A stretch of DNA of 64,000 bases from Myxococcota bacterium (GTDB lineage Bacteria > Myxococcota_A > UBA9160 > JAFDDA01), in assembly GCA_965228475.1 (NCBI GenBank), contig OZ245817.1, forward strand, positions 2,144,001 through 2,208,000. Reading direction: 5' to 3'. A model generated the notes under the pieces. It did no database searches. It was not told the origin of the DNA and worked only from the letters and a program-made list of their open reading frames with translations. The first letter of the stretch is position 1. Each line of letters begins with the position of its first letter. A program made the translations under genes and the position numbers. This document shows, piece after piece, positions 17,393 through 27,845 of the stretch.

Positions 17393-18124
17393 ATGCGTTT
17401 CGAAACCGCCGCGATTTCCGACGTAGGCCGCCGGCGACAAGCCAACGAGGACCGCTACGCCCTCGATCCGGATCTGGGGCTTTTCCTGGTGGCGGACGGC
17501 ATGGGCGGGCACCGGGCCGGCCGGACCGCGAGCGAGCTGGCGAGCGCCGCCGTCCTGGCCGCCATCCATACGCTCCAGGACGCGCCCGCGAGCCTCGCCG
17601 AGCGGCTGCGCTACGCCGTTTCCGCCGCCAATCGCGAGATCTTCTCCATGGCCGCCGAGCAGGCCGAGCTCGCCGGGATGGGAACCACCCTGGTCGTCCT
17701 GCTGGCGGGCGACGAGCGGGTCAGCCTGGCCCACGTCGGCGACAGCCGCGCCTACCTCGTGCGGGCCGGCGGGATCCGCCAGCTCACCGACGACCACAGC
17801 CTCGTGGCCGAGCTCCTGCGCCGCCAGAAGATCACCGCGGACGATGCCCGCGAGCACCCCCATCGACACGTTCTCACGCGCGCCCTCGGCGTGCGCCCGA
17901 GCGTCGAGCCGGATCTCGCCGAGATGACGCCCCTCGACGGCGACGTCTTCGTGCTCTGCTCCGACGGCCTGACGAACCACCTGCAGGACACCGAGATCGC
18001 GAAGATCGTGAGCTCGACGTCGGTGCTGGAAGATGCGGCACGTGCGTTGGTGGAGTGTGCGAATTCACGAGGTGGAGAGGACAACATCACGGTCGTCCTC
18101 GTCCGGTCCCGGTCTCAAGACTGA
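17393..18124 (+). CDS. PP2C-family Ser/Thr protein phosphatase (Stp1/PrpC-like)
   Basis: SDVGRRRQANED, VADGMGGH, MGTT, HVGDSRAY, LCSDGL and GGEDNIT. AGGAG RBS. Confidence 0.93.
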   Translation: MRFETAAISDVGRRRQANEDRYALDPDLGLFLVADGMGGHRAGRTASELASAAVLAAIHTLQDAPASLAERLRYAVSAANREIFSMAAEQAELAGMGTTLVVLLAGDERVSLAHVGDSRAYLVRAGGIRQLTDDHSLVAELLRRQKITADDAREHPHRHVLTRALGVRPSVEPDLAEMTPLDGDVFVLCSDGLTNHLQDTEIAKIVSSTSVLEDAARALVECANSRGGEDNITVVLVRSRSQD

Positions 18125-18256
18125 GCGCCGCGCGCTCGGGCAGGTGGGCCTTCCGGCTCATGGCTCGCCCGGCTAGCACTCATCGCACGGGTACGACTTG
18201 GTAGTCCCGGGCTGCGCTTTACTTCCCCGGAAGGCCCACCTGCCCGAGCACGCTCC
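18125..18256 (+). repeat. Structured intergenic element, copy 1 (23-bp perfect stem, conserved internal motifs)
   Basis: 18134-18156 is the perfect reverse complement of 18227-18249. Contains TCCGGCTCATGGCTCGCCC and GGGCTGCGCTTTACTTC. Confidence 0.85.
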
Positions 18257-18318
18257 CAGGCCGCTAGCGACTCCGCGCTCACGATAGAAAAAAACAAAGA
18301 GAGACTACGAGCCGTCGA

Positions 18319-18448
18319 GGAGCGTGGGAGGCTGACGAGGGCCTCAGGCGAAGTAAAGCGCAGCCCGCACTCGGCAATCAGAAACGTCTCGGCAGTTCGA
18401 CAGGGCGAGCCATGAGCCGGAGGCCCTCGTCAGCCTCCCACGCGGCGC
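18319..18448 (-). repeat. Structured intergenic element, copy 2, inverted (24-bp perfect stem of different sequence)
   Basis: 18322-18345 pairs with 18420-18443. Same 19- and 17-nt internal motifs and same 8-nt termini as copy 1, on the minus strand. Confidence 0.85.
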
Positions 18449-18463
18449 CCGGTCGAAGGGCGA

Positions 18464-19228
18464 CTAGCGCTCGGCCATCGCCTTGAGCCGGCTCCGCAGT
18501 CGGAGCACGGCCTTGGTGTGGATCTGGCACACGCGGGACTCGGTGATCCCGAGGATGTTCCCGATCTCCTTCATGTTCAGATCTTCGTAGTAGTAGAGCG
18601 AGACCACGAGCCGCTCCTTTTGCGGGAGCGAGGAGATCGTGTCCGCCACCACGTGCTTCATCTCGATCAGCTTGAGCGAAGCGAAGGGGTTCTCGGCCTG
18701 GACGTCTTCGATGATGTCCGTGTATCCGCCGGTGCGTTCGCCGTCGGCGTCGCGGCTGCGGATCTCTTCCAGGTTCACGAGCGAGATGCCGCGCACCTGG
18801 TTCAGCAGTTCGTGGAACTTGTCGAGCTGGATGCCGAGGGAGTCGGCGACTTCTTCCTCGTTGGCGGCGCGGCCGAGGCGCTGCTCCATGTCCGCGTAGG
18901 CGCGCTCGATCTTGCGGCCCTTCTGGCGCACCGAGCGCGGCACCCAGTCGAGGGATCGGAGCTGGTCGAGGATCGCGCCCTTGATCCGGAACTCCGCGTA
19001 GGTCTTGAACTTGCAGTTCTTCTCGGGGTCGTATTTCTCGATCGCGTCCATCAGCCCGATCACGCCGGTGTTGTGGAGGTCGTCGAGGTCGATGTGGGAA
19101 GGGAGCCGGACGGCGATGCGGTTCACGATGTACCGGATGAGCGGCGTGTGCTCGAGGACGATGCTCTCTCGCACCTGGTTGGTGATGCCCTCGCTTTTCT
19201 CCTTGGCCTCGCGCAGCATCGTTTCCAT
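18464..19228 (-). CDS. fliA: RNA polymerase sigma-28 factor (FliA/WhiG family)
   Basis: RLPSHIDLDDL, GLMDAIEKYDP, RIKGAILDQLRSLDWVPRSVR and LYYYEDLNMKEIG..TESRVCQIH. GGAGGG before the ATG at 19228. Confidence 0.92.
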   Translation of the reverse strand: METMLREAKEKSEGITNQVRESIVLEHTPLIRYIVNRIAVRLPSHIDLDDLHNTGVIGLMDAIEKYDPEKNCKFKTYAEFRIKGAILDQLRSLDWVPRSVRQKGRKIERAYADMEQRLGRAANEEEVADSLGIQLDKFHELLNQVRGISLVNLEEIRSRDADGERTGGYTDIIEDVQAENPFASLKLIEMKHVVADTISSLPQKERLVVSLYYYEDLNMKEIGNILGITESRVCQIHTKAVLRLRSRLKAMAER

Positions 19229-19322
19229 CGTCCCCTCCATTTGAACCCCCAGAAGTTGCGCGGTGGGCCTGGCGTCCCTGCCTAGGCTTTGCCCCCGCGA
19301 TGCGCCTTGGAGCAGGGGACAA

Positions 19323-19339
19323 AGCACGGCTCATGCCAA
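19323..19339 (-). promoter_or_regulatory. Sigma-54 promoter upstream of the sigma-28 gene
   Basis: Minus strand TTGGCATGAGCCGTGCT = GG-N10-GC. Confidence 0.65.
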
Positions 19340-19593
19340 GCAGCAGAAACTTGCGGAGCGGGTGCGGGGCGCGGGCGGGGAGGACGCTGCCGGCGCGGGC
19401 AGGACGCGGTGGTAAGTCTTCGTTCGGATTGAGGAATCGGTCCGGGCGGCGGGCGGCGGTGCGGCGGGATTCAACCCGGGGTCGGGCTGCCGCGACGGGC
19501 TGCGGCCCATGCGGCCGTAGGCAAGAGCGTCGGGCCGCCGACGGGCCCGAGGGGCGAAGCGTCGGGATTCCGACCGCCCGCCGGGAAGCCGGG

Positions 19594-20979
19594 CTAGGGC
19601 TCGATCTCGAACTTCTTGATCTTCTCGAGCAGGGTGGTCCGGTTGAGGCCGAGGAGCTGGGCGGCCCGGTTCTTGTTCCAGCCCGTGAGTTCGAGGGCTT
19701 CGCGGATGAGCCGCGCCTGCAGGGAATCGACCACCTCGTTGAAGTTCAGGCCCTCGTGGGTGACGTGGACCTCGCCGCCGCGGGCCGTGCCCTGGCTCTC
19801 GCGGTACTCCGGGGGCAGGTCGTCGAGACCGATCTCGCCGTCGCGCCGCAGGATGACGAGGCGCTCCATCAGGTTCTCGAGCTCGCGCACGTTCCCCGGG
19901 AAGGGCTGCCGGCAGAGCACCTCGAGGGCCTCCGGCGAGATCCCCTTCACGCCGCCCCCGTTGCGCTCGCCGTGGGTCTCGATGAAGTGCGCCACCAGGG
20001 CCGGGATGTCCTCGCGCCGCTCGCGCAGGGCGGGGACGTGCACCGGAATGACGTTCAGGCGGTAGTAGAGATCCTCCCGGAAGCGCTTCTCCTGGATCAG
20101 CTCGGGCAGGTTCTGGTGGGTCGCGGCGATCACCCGGACGTCCACGGACTGGCTCTTCGAGGAGCCGACCGGCTCGAAGGTCCGCTCCTGCAGCACGCGC
20201 AGGAGCTTGACCTGGAGGTTCATCGACATGTCCCCGATCTCGTCGAGGAAGATCGTGCCGCCGTCGGCGAGGCTGAAGCGGCCCTCCCGGTGGGAGACCG
20301 CGTTGGTGAAGGCGCCGCGGACGTGGCCGAACAGCTCGCTCTCGAGCAGCTCCTCGGGGATGGCGCCGCAGTTCACCGTGATCATGGGGCGCCCGCTGCG
20401 CGGGCTGTTGTAGTGGAGGGCGCGGGCGATCAGTTCTTTGCCCGTGCCGCTCTCGCCGGTCACGAGCACCGTGCTGTCCGCGGCGCTCACGCGCTCGACC
20501 ACGTCGAGCACCTGGCGCAGGGCGTGGCTGTCGCCGACGACGTTGTCGAACTCGTAGCGGCTCTCGAGCTGCCGCTGGAGGTGCCGGTTCTCGGACTTCA
20601 GGCGGCCGTGCTCGATGGCCTGCTCGGCCAGGCGCCGGACGACGTCGAGGTGCCCCTGCTCGAAGGGCTTCTCGAGATACCAGAACGCGCCCGCGCGCAG
20701 GGCGTCGACGGAGCTCTCGGCGCTGCCGTAGCCCGTGATCACGATGCAGGGGAGGTCGGGCTGGATCTCGTGGACCTGGCGCACGAGTTCGAGGCCGTTG
20801 ATGCCCGGCATCTTGACGTCGGACAGGACGAGGTCGAGCGGCTGGGACGAGACGACCGCCATGGCCTCGCTCGCATCCCGCGCGGTCAGGACTTCGTAGC
20901 CGACCCGCTTGAGGATGCGTTCGAGGGCGCGCCGGTAGAGTTCTTCGTCGTCGACGACGAGAACGGTGACCTTGCGCAG
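19594..20979 (-). CDS. NtrC-family sigma-54 enhancer-binding response regulator, probable CTG start
   Basis: VLVVDDEE receiver, GESGTGKE, GAFTNA, RFREDLYYRLNV, PGNVREL and a Fis-type HTH. AGGAG lies 6 nt before CTG at 20979. Confidence 0.88.
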   Translation of the reverse strand: MRKVTVLVVDDEELYRRALERILKRVGYEVLTARDASEAMAVVSSQPLDLVLSDVKMPGINGLELVRQVHEIQPDLPCIVITGYGSAESSVDALRAGAFWYLEKPFEQGHLDVVRRLAEQAIEHGRLKSENRHLQRQLESRYEFDNVVGDSHALRQVLDVVERVSAADSTVLVTGESGTGKELIARALHYNSPRSGRPMITVNCGAIPEELLESELFGHVRGAFTNAVSHREGRFSLADGGTIFLDEIGDMSMNLQVKLLRVLQERTFEPVGSSKSQSVDVRVIAATHQNLPELIQEKRFREDLYYRLNVIPVHVPALRERREDIPALVAHFIETHGERNGGGVKGISPEALEVLCRQPFPGNVRELENLMERLVILRRDGEIGLDDLPPEYRESQGTARGGEVHVTHEGLNFNEVVDSLQARLIREALELTGWNKNRAAQLLGLNRTTLLEKIKKFEIEP

Positions 20980-21157
20980 GGGGTACTCCTTCCGAGGGGG
21001 CCTTGGAAACTAAGGATTCGTTTTCGCGCCTTCAAGGCTGATTCGGACCGCGCCGGGGCCTCCGAGAGCGTCGAGATCACTCGGACGGCTGCCCGCAGCC
21101 CGGCGGATCAGCTAGCCTTTCGCCGCCTGATCGACACGCCCCCCGCGGAGCCGATCC

Positions 21158-22863
<1,706 letters not shown>

Positions 22864-22867
<4 letters not shown>

Positions 22868-23226
22868 AACCCGTTCTGTTGATCGTCGACGACGAGGTGC
22901 GCGTGCTCTCGGCGCTGCGCCGGGTGCTTCGCCGCGAGGGCTACGAGATCCTGCTCGCCTCGACTTCGAACGAAGCGCTGAGTCTGCTGGCCGAGCGCGA
23001 GATCGACGCCATCCTGTCGGACCACAAGATGCCGGGCATGAGCGGCATCGAGATCCTGAGCGAAGCGGCGCGCCAGCGGCCCGGAGCCGCACGGCTCCTG
23101 ATCAGCGGGTGGCCGGAGGCCGTGACCCAGGAGGAGCTCGACGCCCTCTCGATCCACGCGTTGATTCCGAAGCCCTGGCGCGACGCGGAGCTCAAGGCCG
23201 AACTCGCGCGGGCCATGGGCCGCTAG
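22864..23226 (+). CDS. Single-domain response regulator
   Basis: LLIVDDE, ILSDHKMPGMSG and KPW. GTG overlaps the kinase stop codon. Confidence 0.88.
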
Positions 23227-23232
23227 AACCGT

Positions 23233-24513
23233 TCAGTCGCGAACGACGACGCGGCTCAGGTACTCGAGGTCGGGCTTCTGGGTGTTCTTGGCGCCCACGC
23301 ACAGCACGCGGAAGCGGCGCTGGCGGCCGTGGGTGTAGTAGATGCGGCCCTTGCCCGCGAAGCCGAGTTCGAAGCACGGAAGGCCCGGCGGGAGCCCGCC
23401 GACCTTGCGCCGCACCGCCGCGTTCTCCGCTTCGTCGCAGAGCCGCTTGAGCGCCTCCTCGGCCTTGAGCTGCATGGTCTGGTCGCGCAGGCCGACGAGG
23501 TCCTGGAGCGCGCGGTCGTCCACCTCGAGATTCTTGTAGAGCGTGCGCATCCGGCGCTCGAGGAGTTCGGCCTCGCGGCCGGCCTTGCTCCCGGACTTGC
23601 CTCCCGGCGCCTTCTTCTCGGCTTTCTGCACGCGGCTGCGCAGGGAATCGATCTCGCTGTTCTTCTCGTCGAGATCGCGCAGGGACTCGTCGAGCAGCTC
23701 CTCCAGGGTATGGAGCTCGTCGTCGAGCTCGAGGCTGCGCGCGGCCTTGGCGGAGAGCTCCTCCTCACGCCGCGCGAGTCCGGCGAGCTTGTCCTGCAGC
23801 GCGCGGCGCTCGGCGCGCATCCGCCGGATCTCCTCGGCGTGGGGCGTCTCGGCCGGGTCGACGTCGTGGGCGCGCCGCCGCGCCGCTTCGAGCTCTTCTT
23901 CGATCTTGCCCGCACGGCGCGCCGCCTCCTCCCGCGCGGTCTCGGCCGAAGCGAGCAGGGCCTCCTCGTGGCGGCCGAGGGCGCGGGTGTAGAGGAAGAG
24001 CGCCCAGAGCAGGGTGGCCGCGTAGCCGAGCAGGATGCTCACCGCGAGGAGCGAGTTGTGGGGGACGGAGACGGCGACCTGGTAGCTCGCCGGCAGGATG
24101 GACGCCGCCTCGCGCGTGGCCGCCTCGGGGTCGAGGAGACCGGCCACCCCCGATGGGGCCGGGTGGATCAGCCGGCCGTCGGCGCCGTAGACGAAGACCA
24201 GCACCCGCACCCGGCCGAAGCGGATCCAGGGGCTCGTGGTGACGTCGCGGCGGATGGCGGAGCGGATCTCGTTGGCGAAGCCGGCGGTGCTCGGCTGGCT
24301 CGCGTCGACGGCGACCGCCCGCTCGACGGCCGCCTCGAAGCGCGCCTGGAGCACCCATTCGGCGGCTTCGACCGTGAAGATGTAGAGCACCGCGAAGGCG
24401 AAGATCGCGGCGTAGATCACCCGGAAGGAAGCGATCCGGTCCACGCCCCGAGCGGTGGCGGCCTCGGAGGCGCGGGGAAAGAAATTTCCCTTCTGCGGAA
24501 CGGACTTTTCCAT
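23233..24513 (-). CDS. Two-TM membrane protein with a long coiled coil and RelE/HigB-like C-terminal domain
   Basis: Two hydrophobic segments, an E/L/A-rich heptad region, and C-terminal FELGFAGKGRIYY..VLCVGAKNTQKPDL. Start uncertain (24513 or 24444). Confidence 0.65.
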   Translation of the reverse strand: MEKSVPQKGNFFPRASEAATARGVDRIASFRVIYAAIFAFAVLYIFTVEAAEWVLQARFEAAVERAVAVDASQPSTAGFANEIRSAIRRDVTTSPWIRFGRVRVLVFVYGADGRLIHPAPSGVAGLLDPEAATREAASILPASYQVAVSVPHNSLLAVSILLGYAATLLWALFLYTRALGRHEEALLASAETAREEAARRAGKIEEELEAARRRAHDVDPAETPHAEEIRRMRAERRALQDKLAGLARREEELSAKAARSLELDDELHTLEELLDESLRDLDEKNSEIDSLRSRVQKAEKKAPGGKSGSKAGREAELLERRMRTLYKNLEVDDRALQDLVGLRDQTMQLKAEEALKRLCDEAENAAVRRKVGGLPPGLPCFELGFAGKGRIYYTHGRQRRFRVLCVGAKNTQKPDLEYLSRVVVRD

Positions 24514-24605
24514 CGCGCTGCGGATCATAACGATTCCCGGGAGAGGGCGGCCCTGGGCCACTTCTGGCGGCGTCCCGGGGCATGTTTCTTGCGTCACCGG
24601 GGGCC

Positions 24606-24920
24606 ATGGAGGACACCCGGGCAAAACCCCGCACCCGCTTCGACGACTGGGTCGAGGTCGAGTGGGATGGGCACCGCGCGCGCGGCGCCGGCGTCGACCT
24701 GTCCGTCGCCGGCCTGGGGCTCGCGCTTCCCGAGGGTGGCGTTGCCCTCGGCGGCCGGGTGATCTCGGAGTTCCCGCTCCCCGGGATCGCACTCCCGGTC
24801 GAGGTGGCGGGCCGCTGGGCCTGGGTGGATCCGTCGGCCAAGCGCGCCGGGATCCGGTTCGAGTCCGTCGACCCGGGCATCGCCGACCTGCTCGCGAACT
24901 TCGTCGCGGGCCGGCTCTGA
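24606..24920 (+). CDS. Stand-alone PilZ-domain protein
   Basis: RAKPR (RxxxR) and DLSVAG (DxSxxG) c-di-GMP motifs, plus GIRF. Confidence 0.8.
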   Translation: MEDTRAKPRTRFDDWVEVEWDGHRARGAGVDLSVAGLGLALPEGGVALGGRVISEFPLPGIALPVEVAGRWAWVDPSAKRAGIRFESVDPGIADLLANFVAGRL

Positions 24921-24958
24921 GCCACGTCAGGCCGACGTTCAGCGCGGGCCGGCTCTGA
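24905..24958 (+). repeat. 16-bp exact direct repeat of the PilZ gene 3' end
   Basis: CGCGGGCCGGCTCTGA at 24905-24920 and 24943-24958. Confidence 0.75.
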
Positions 24959-24964
24959 ACAAGG

Positions 24965-25750
24965 CTACGCGGGCCCCGAGCGCGGGTGGCCCGCCAGGAC
25001 GATCACGTCCGAGAGCCGAGGAAACGCGCGGCCGAGGGCATCGAGGCCGCGCAGCAGCGCATCGGCCACCGGCTCCGGGAGCCGGTTCGAGGTGCGCGTC
25101 CAGGCCGGGAGCCCCCATCCGACGGAGATCCCCTCGACGACCTCGATCTCGATGTGGCGTTCCGCCTGCTCGCGCATGAGGTCGAGTTCGTACCGGGTGA
25201 AGTGGTCGCTCGGGACGTCGTAACCACGGCGTCCGCTGCGCACCGGCTGGCCGAGGGCCTGCTCGCGGAAGTCGTCCCAGCCGCGGGCGGCGCGGCAGGC
25301 CAGGGAGTCGAAGTTCGCGATGGCGAGCACGACGTAGCCGTCCGGCCGGACGACGCGCGCCATCTCGGAGATGGCGAGCTCCGGGCGGTCGAAGTGGTCG
25401 ATCGCGCCCTTGCACAGGGCCGCGTCGAAGCTGTCCGCGGCGAAGGGCAGCGCGTCCGCCCAGGCGCGCACCCAGGCGGGGAGCGGGCCTTCGGTCTTCG
25501 CGGCCTGGAGCTCGGCCAGCCCGATCATGCGGTGCGAGGGCTCGGCGCCGACGACGCTGGCGCCGGCCGCCTGGAGGGCGATGGCGTCCTGGCCGACGCC
25601 GCTGCCGACGTCGAGGATGCGCCGGCCCGGCCCGGGCAGGGTCTTCTCGAGCGTGGCCTCGGTCATGCGGGCGAACAGGTACTCGCTGTCCCGGGTCGTT
25701 CCGGTGGGGATCACGTCCTGCATGTCCCGGTCGAGGTCAACGACGCGCAC
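24965..25750 (-). CDS. Class I SAM-dependent methyltransferase
   Basis: ILDVGSGVG, LPFAADSFD and EMARVVRPDG. AAGGAG RBS. Confidence 0.85.
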   Translation of the reverse strand: MRVVDLDRDMQDVIPTGTTRDSEYLFARMTEATLEKTLPGPGRRILDVGSGVGQDAIALQAAGASVVGAEPSHRMIGLAELQAAKTEGPLPAWVRAWADALPFAADSFDAALCKGAIDHFDRPELAISEMARVVRPDGYVVLAIANFDSLACRAARGWDDFREQALGQPVRSGRRGYDVPSDHFTRYELDLMREQAERHIEIEVVEGISVGWGLPAWTRTSNRLPEPVADALLRGLDALGRAFPRLSDVIVLAGHPRSGPA

Positions 25751-25776
25751 GGGCTCGCTCCTTCATTCCTTGGGCG

Positions 25777-27087
25777 TCAATCGAGAGCACGGGCTCGGTT
25801 CTCCTCGACGGCTTCACGGTAGACGTCGACGGTGCGGGCCGCGATGACCGGCCACGAGAATTGCGACACGACCCGCTCGCGGGCGCGCTCGGAGAGCTCG
25901 CGGCGGGCCTCGGGCTGCTCGATCAGCGTGAGCAGCGCCTTCGCCAGGGCCCCCGGATCGCGCGGCGGCACGAGCAGGCCGCCTCCGCCCGCGCGAACCA
26001 CCTCCGGCAGGGCGCCGGCCGTACTCGCGACGACGGGCGTCCCGCAGGCCATCGCCTCGGCGGCGGGCAGGCCGAATCCCTCGAAGTTCGAGGGGACGGC
26101 GACGACGGTCGCGCGGTTGTAGAGGCGAACGAGCTCGTCGTCGGAGACGCGGCCGGTCACGTGCAGGCGATCGCCGCAGCCGAGCTTCGCGGCGCGCTTT
26201 CGCGCCCGGTGGCCCGGCGCGTCCTGATCGACCAGGGTGACCGTCACCGAGTCCGGGAGCAGGGCCAACGCATCGACCAGGGTGTCGACGCCCTTGGTCG
26301 GGTCGCCGGCGCGTCCGACGCACAGGACCTCGCCGCTCGCGCGCTCGATGCTCGGATCCGGGCGGAAGTGGTCCGTGTCGAGGCCGTTCGAGAGGTTCCG
26401 GATGCGCTCGGGGCGGACGTCGAAATCGCGCTCGATCTCCCGGGCCGAGACCTCCGAGGAGGTGATCACGCGCGCCATGCGCCGGGCCACGCAGGCCTGC
26501 ATCGCCACCGGATGGAACTTCACGGTGCCGACCGCGTCCGAGAGCGTCTTGTCGCGCTGGAAGGAGTGGCGCCGGTCGACCGAGAGCGGGTGATGGATGG
26601 TCGTCACCATCGGCATGCCGAGCCGGGCGATGCCGAGCTCGCCCCAGCCGAGGGTCTGCACGTCGTGGAGCAGGTCGAAGCGGTCGCCGGCCTTCACGCG
26701 GGCCACGAGCGCCCGCCACGCGCGCAGGCTGAATGCGAAGGGCTCGGGCAGGAAGCCGAACCAGCTCGCGCCGAGCTCGTAGAAGTTCAACGGCTCGAAC
26801 AGGCGGAGCCAGCCGCCCTCGGGCTCGAAGGCCGCGGGGTCGCGGAAGAACCACTTCCCCCAGAACTGGCCGTTCGGGAACTCGACGACGGAGCGCGCGA
26901 AGGGCATCGGGGCGGGGTGGGGCGGCCCGACGAAGACGTCGACCCGGTGGCCGAGGCGCGCGAGCTCCCGCGCCAGGTGCCAGAGGTAGATGCCCTGTCC
27001 GCCGCAGCTCATGTTGCCGCGGTAGGCGAGGAAGCCGAGGCGCAGGGGGCGCTCGGTCGCGGACGGAGCTGCGTGCAAGCCGGCCAT
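25777..27087 (-). CDS. GT4 glycosyltransferase
   Basis: YRGNMSCGGQGIY and PSNFEGFGLPAAEAMACG. Confidence 0.88.
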   Translation of the reverse strand: MAGLHAAPSATERPLRLGFLAYRGNMSCGGQGIYLWHLARELARLGHRVDVFVGPPHPAPMPFARSVVEFPNGQFWGKWFFRDPAAFEPEGGWLRLFEPLNFYELGASWFGFLPEPFAFSLRAWRALVARVKAGDRFDLLHDVQTLGWGELGIARLGMPMVTTIHHPLSVDRRHSFQRDKTLSDAVGTVKFHPVAMQACVARRMARVITSSEVSAREIERDFDVRPERIRNLSNGLDTDHFRPDPSIERASGEVLCVGRAGDPTKGVDTLVDALALLPDSVTVTLVDQDAPGHRARKRAAKLGCGDRLHVTGRVSDDELVRLYNRATVVAVPSNFEGFGLPAAEAMACGTPVVASTAGALPEVVRAGGGGLLVPPRDPGALAKALLTLIEQPEARRELSERARERVVSQFSWPVIAARTVDVYREAVEENRARALD

Positions 27088-27845
27088 CAGGCGGCGACCG
27101 CGGCCTTGCCCCGTTCGACTGTGTTCTCTCGCCCTGCGGCGGCCTGGCCTCGCTTCTGGGCATAGAGGATGACCGACTTCGGACAGATCCAGTTCAGGCC
27201 GCGTTCGACCTGGCTCATCAGCGGCGAGCCGACGACCTGGATCAGGAACTTGCGGTACGCCCGGACGAGGGCGCTCTCGTCCGCGTCGGGCAGGTGCATG
27301 GCGGAGCGCAGCACCCAGTAGGGCGTGTGAAACCCGTGGGCGAAGCCGCAACCGAGGGTGGCGAGCCCGGCGTCGGCGAGGGCCACGGCGAGGTCGCGCG
27401 GCTTGAAGATCCGGATGTGGCCGCCCGGGGATTCGAAGTACTCGTCGCCGAGGCGCAGGTAGAGGTGTTCGCTCGTGGCGGTCGGGATCGTCACCGCCAC
27501 GATGCCGTCCGGGCGCGTCACGCGCGCGAGCTCCCGCGCCGCCGCCGGGTAGTCATGGACGTGCTCCATCACCTCCGAGCAGATGACCTTGTCGAAGGTC
27601 TCGTCGCGGAAGGGCAGGCGGAAGACGTCGCCCTGCATCATCGCGGCGAGCTGGCCGAGCTCCTCGCCCCGGTTGCGCAGAGCCTTGCTGGCGGCCTTCA
27701 GGGACGGCAGGTCGAGGTCGAGGCCGACCACCCGGGCGCCGCGCTCGAGGGCGCCGAAGCAGTGGCGCCCTTCGCCGCACCCGGCGTCGAGCAGGGTCTC
27801 GCCGGGCCGGAGCCTAAGCCGCTCGAGATCGACCGTGAGCAGCAC
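27087..27845 (-). CDS. Class I SAM-dependent methyltransferase
   Basis: LLDAGCGEGRH, FDKVICSEVMEH, GGHIRIF and HTPYW. Confidence 0.88.
   Translation of the reverse strand: MLLTVDLERLRLRPGETLLDAGCGEGRHCFGALERGARVVGLDLDLPSLKAASKALRNRGEELGQLAAMMQGDVFRLPFRDETFDKVICSEVMEHVHDYPAAARELARVTRPDGIVAVTIPTATSEHLYLRLGDEYFESPGGHIRIFKPRDLAVALADAGLATLGCGFAHGFHTPYWVLRSAMHLPDADESALVRAYRKFLIQVVGSPLMSQVERGLNWICPKSVILYAQKRGQAAAGRENTVERGKAAVAA

Noticed and set aside
18125..18448. CRISPR array, tRNA, SRP RNA or integron attC interpretation of the paired element
   Set aside because: There are only two inverted units and no cas genes, cloverleaf, SRP GGAA/AGCAG loop or RYYYAAC/GTTRRRY boxes. Kept as an unexplained element.
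21032..21059. Possible fifth sigma-28 box (TCAA-N16-GCCGGGGC) upstream of the PAS kinase
   Set aside because: The -10 element lacks the conserved AT; too weak in a GC-rich background.
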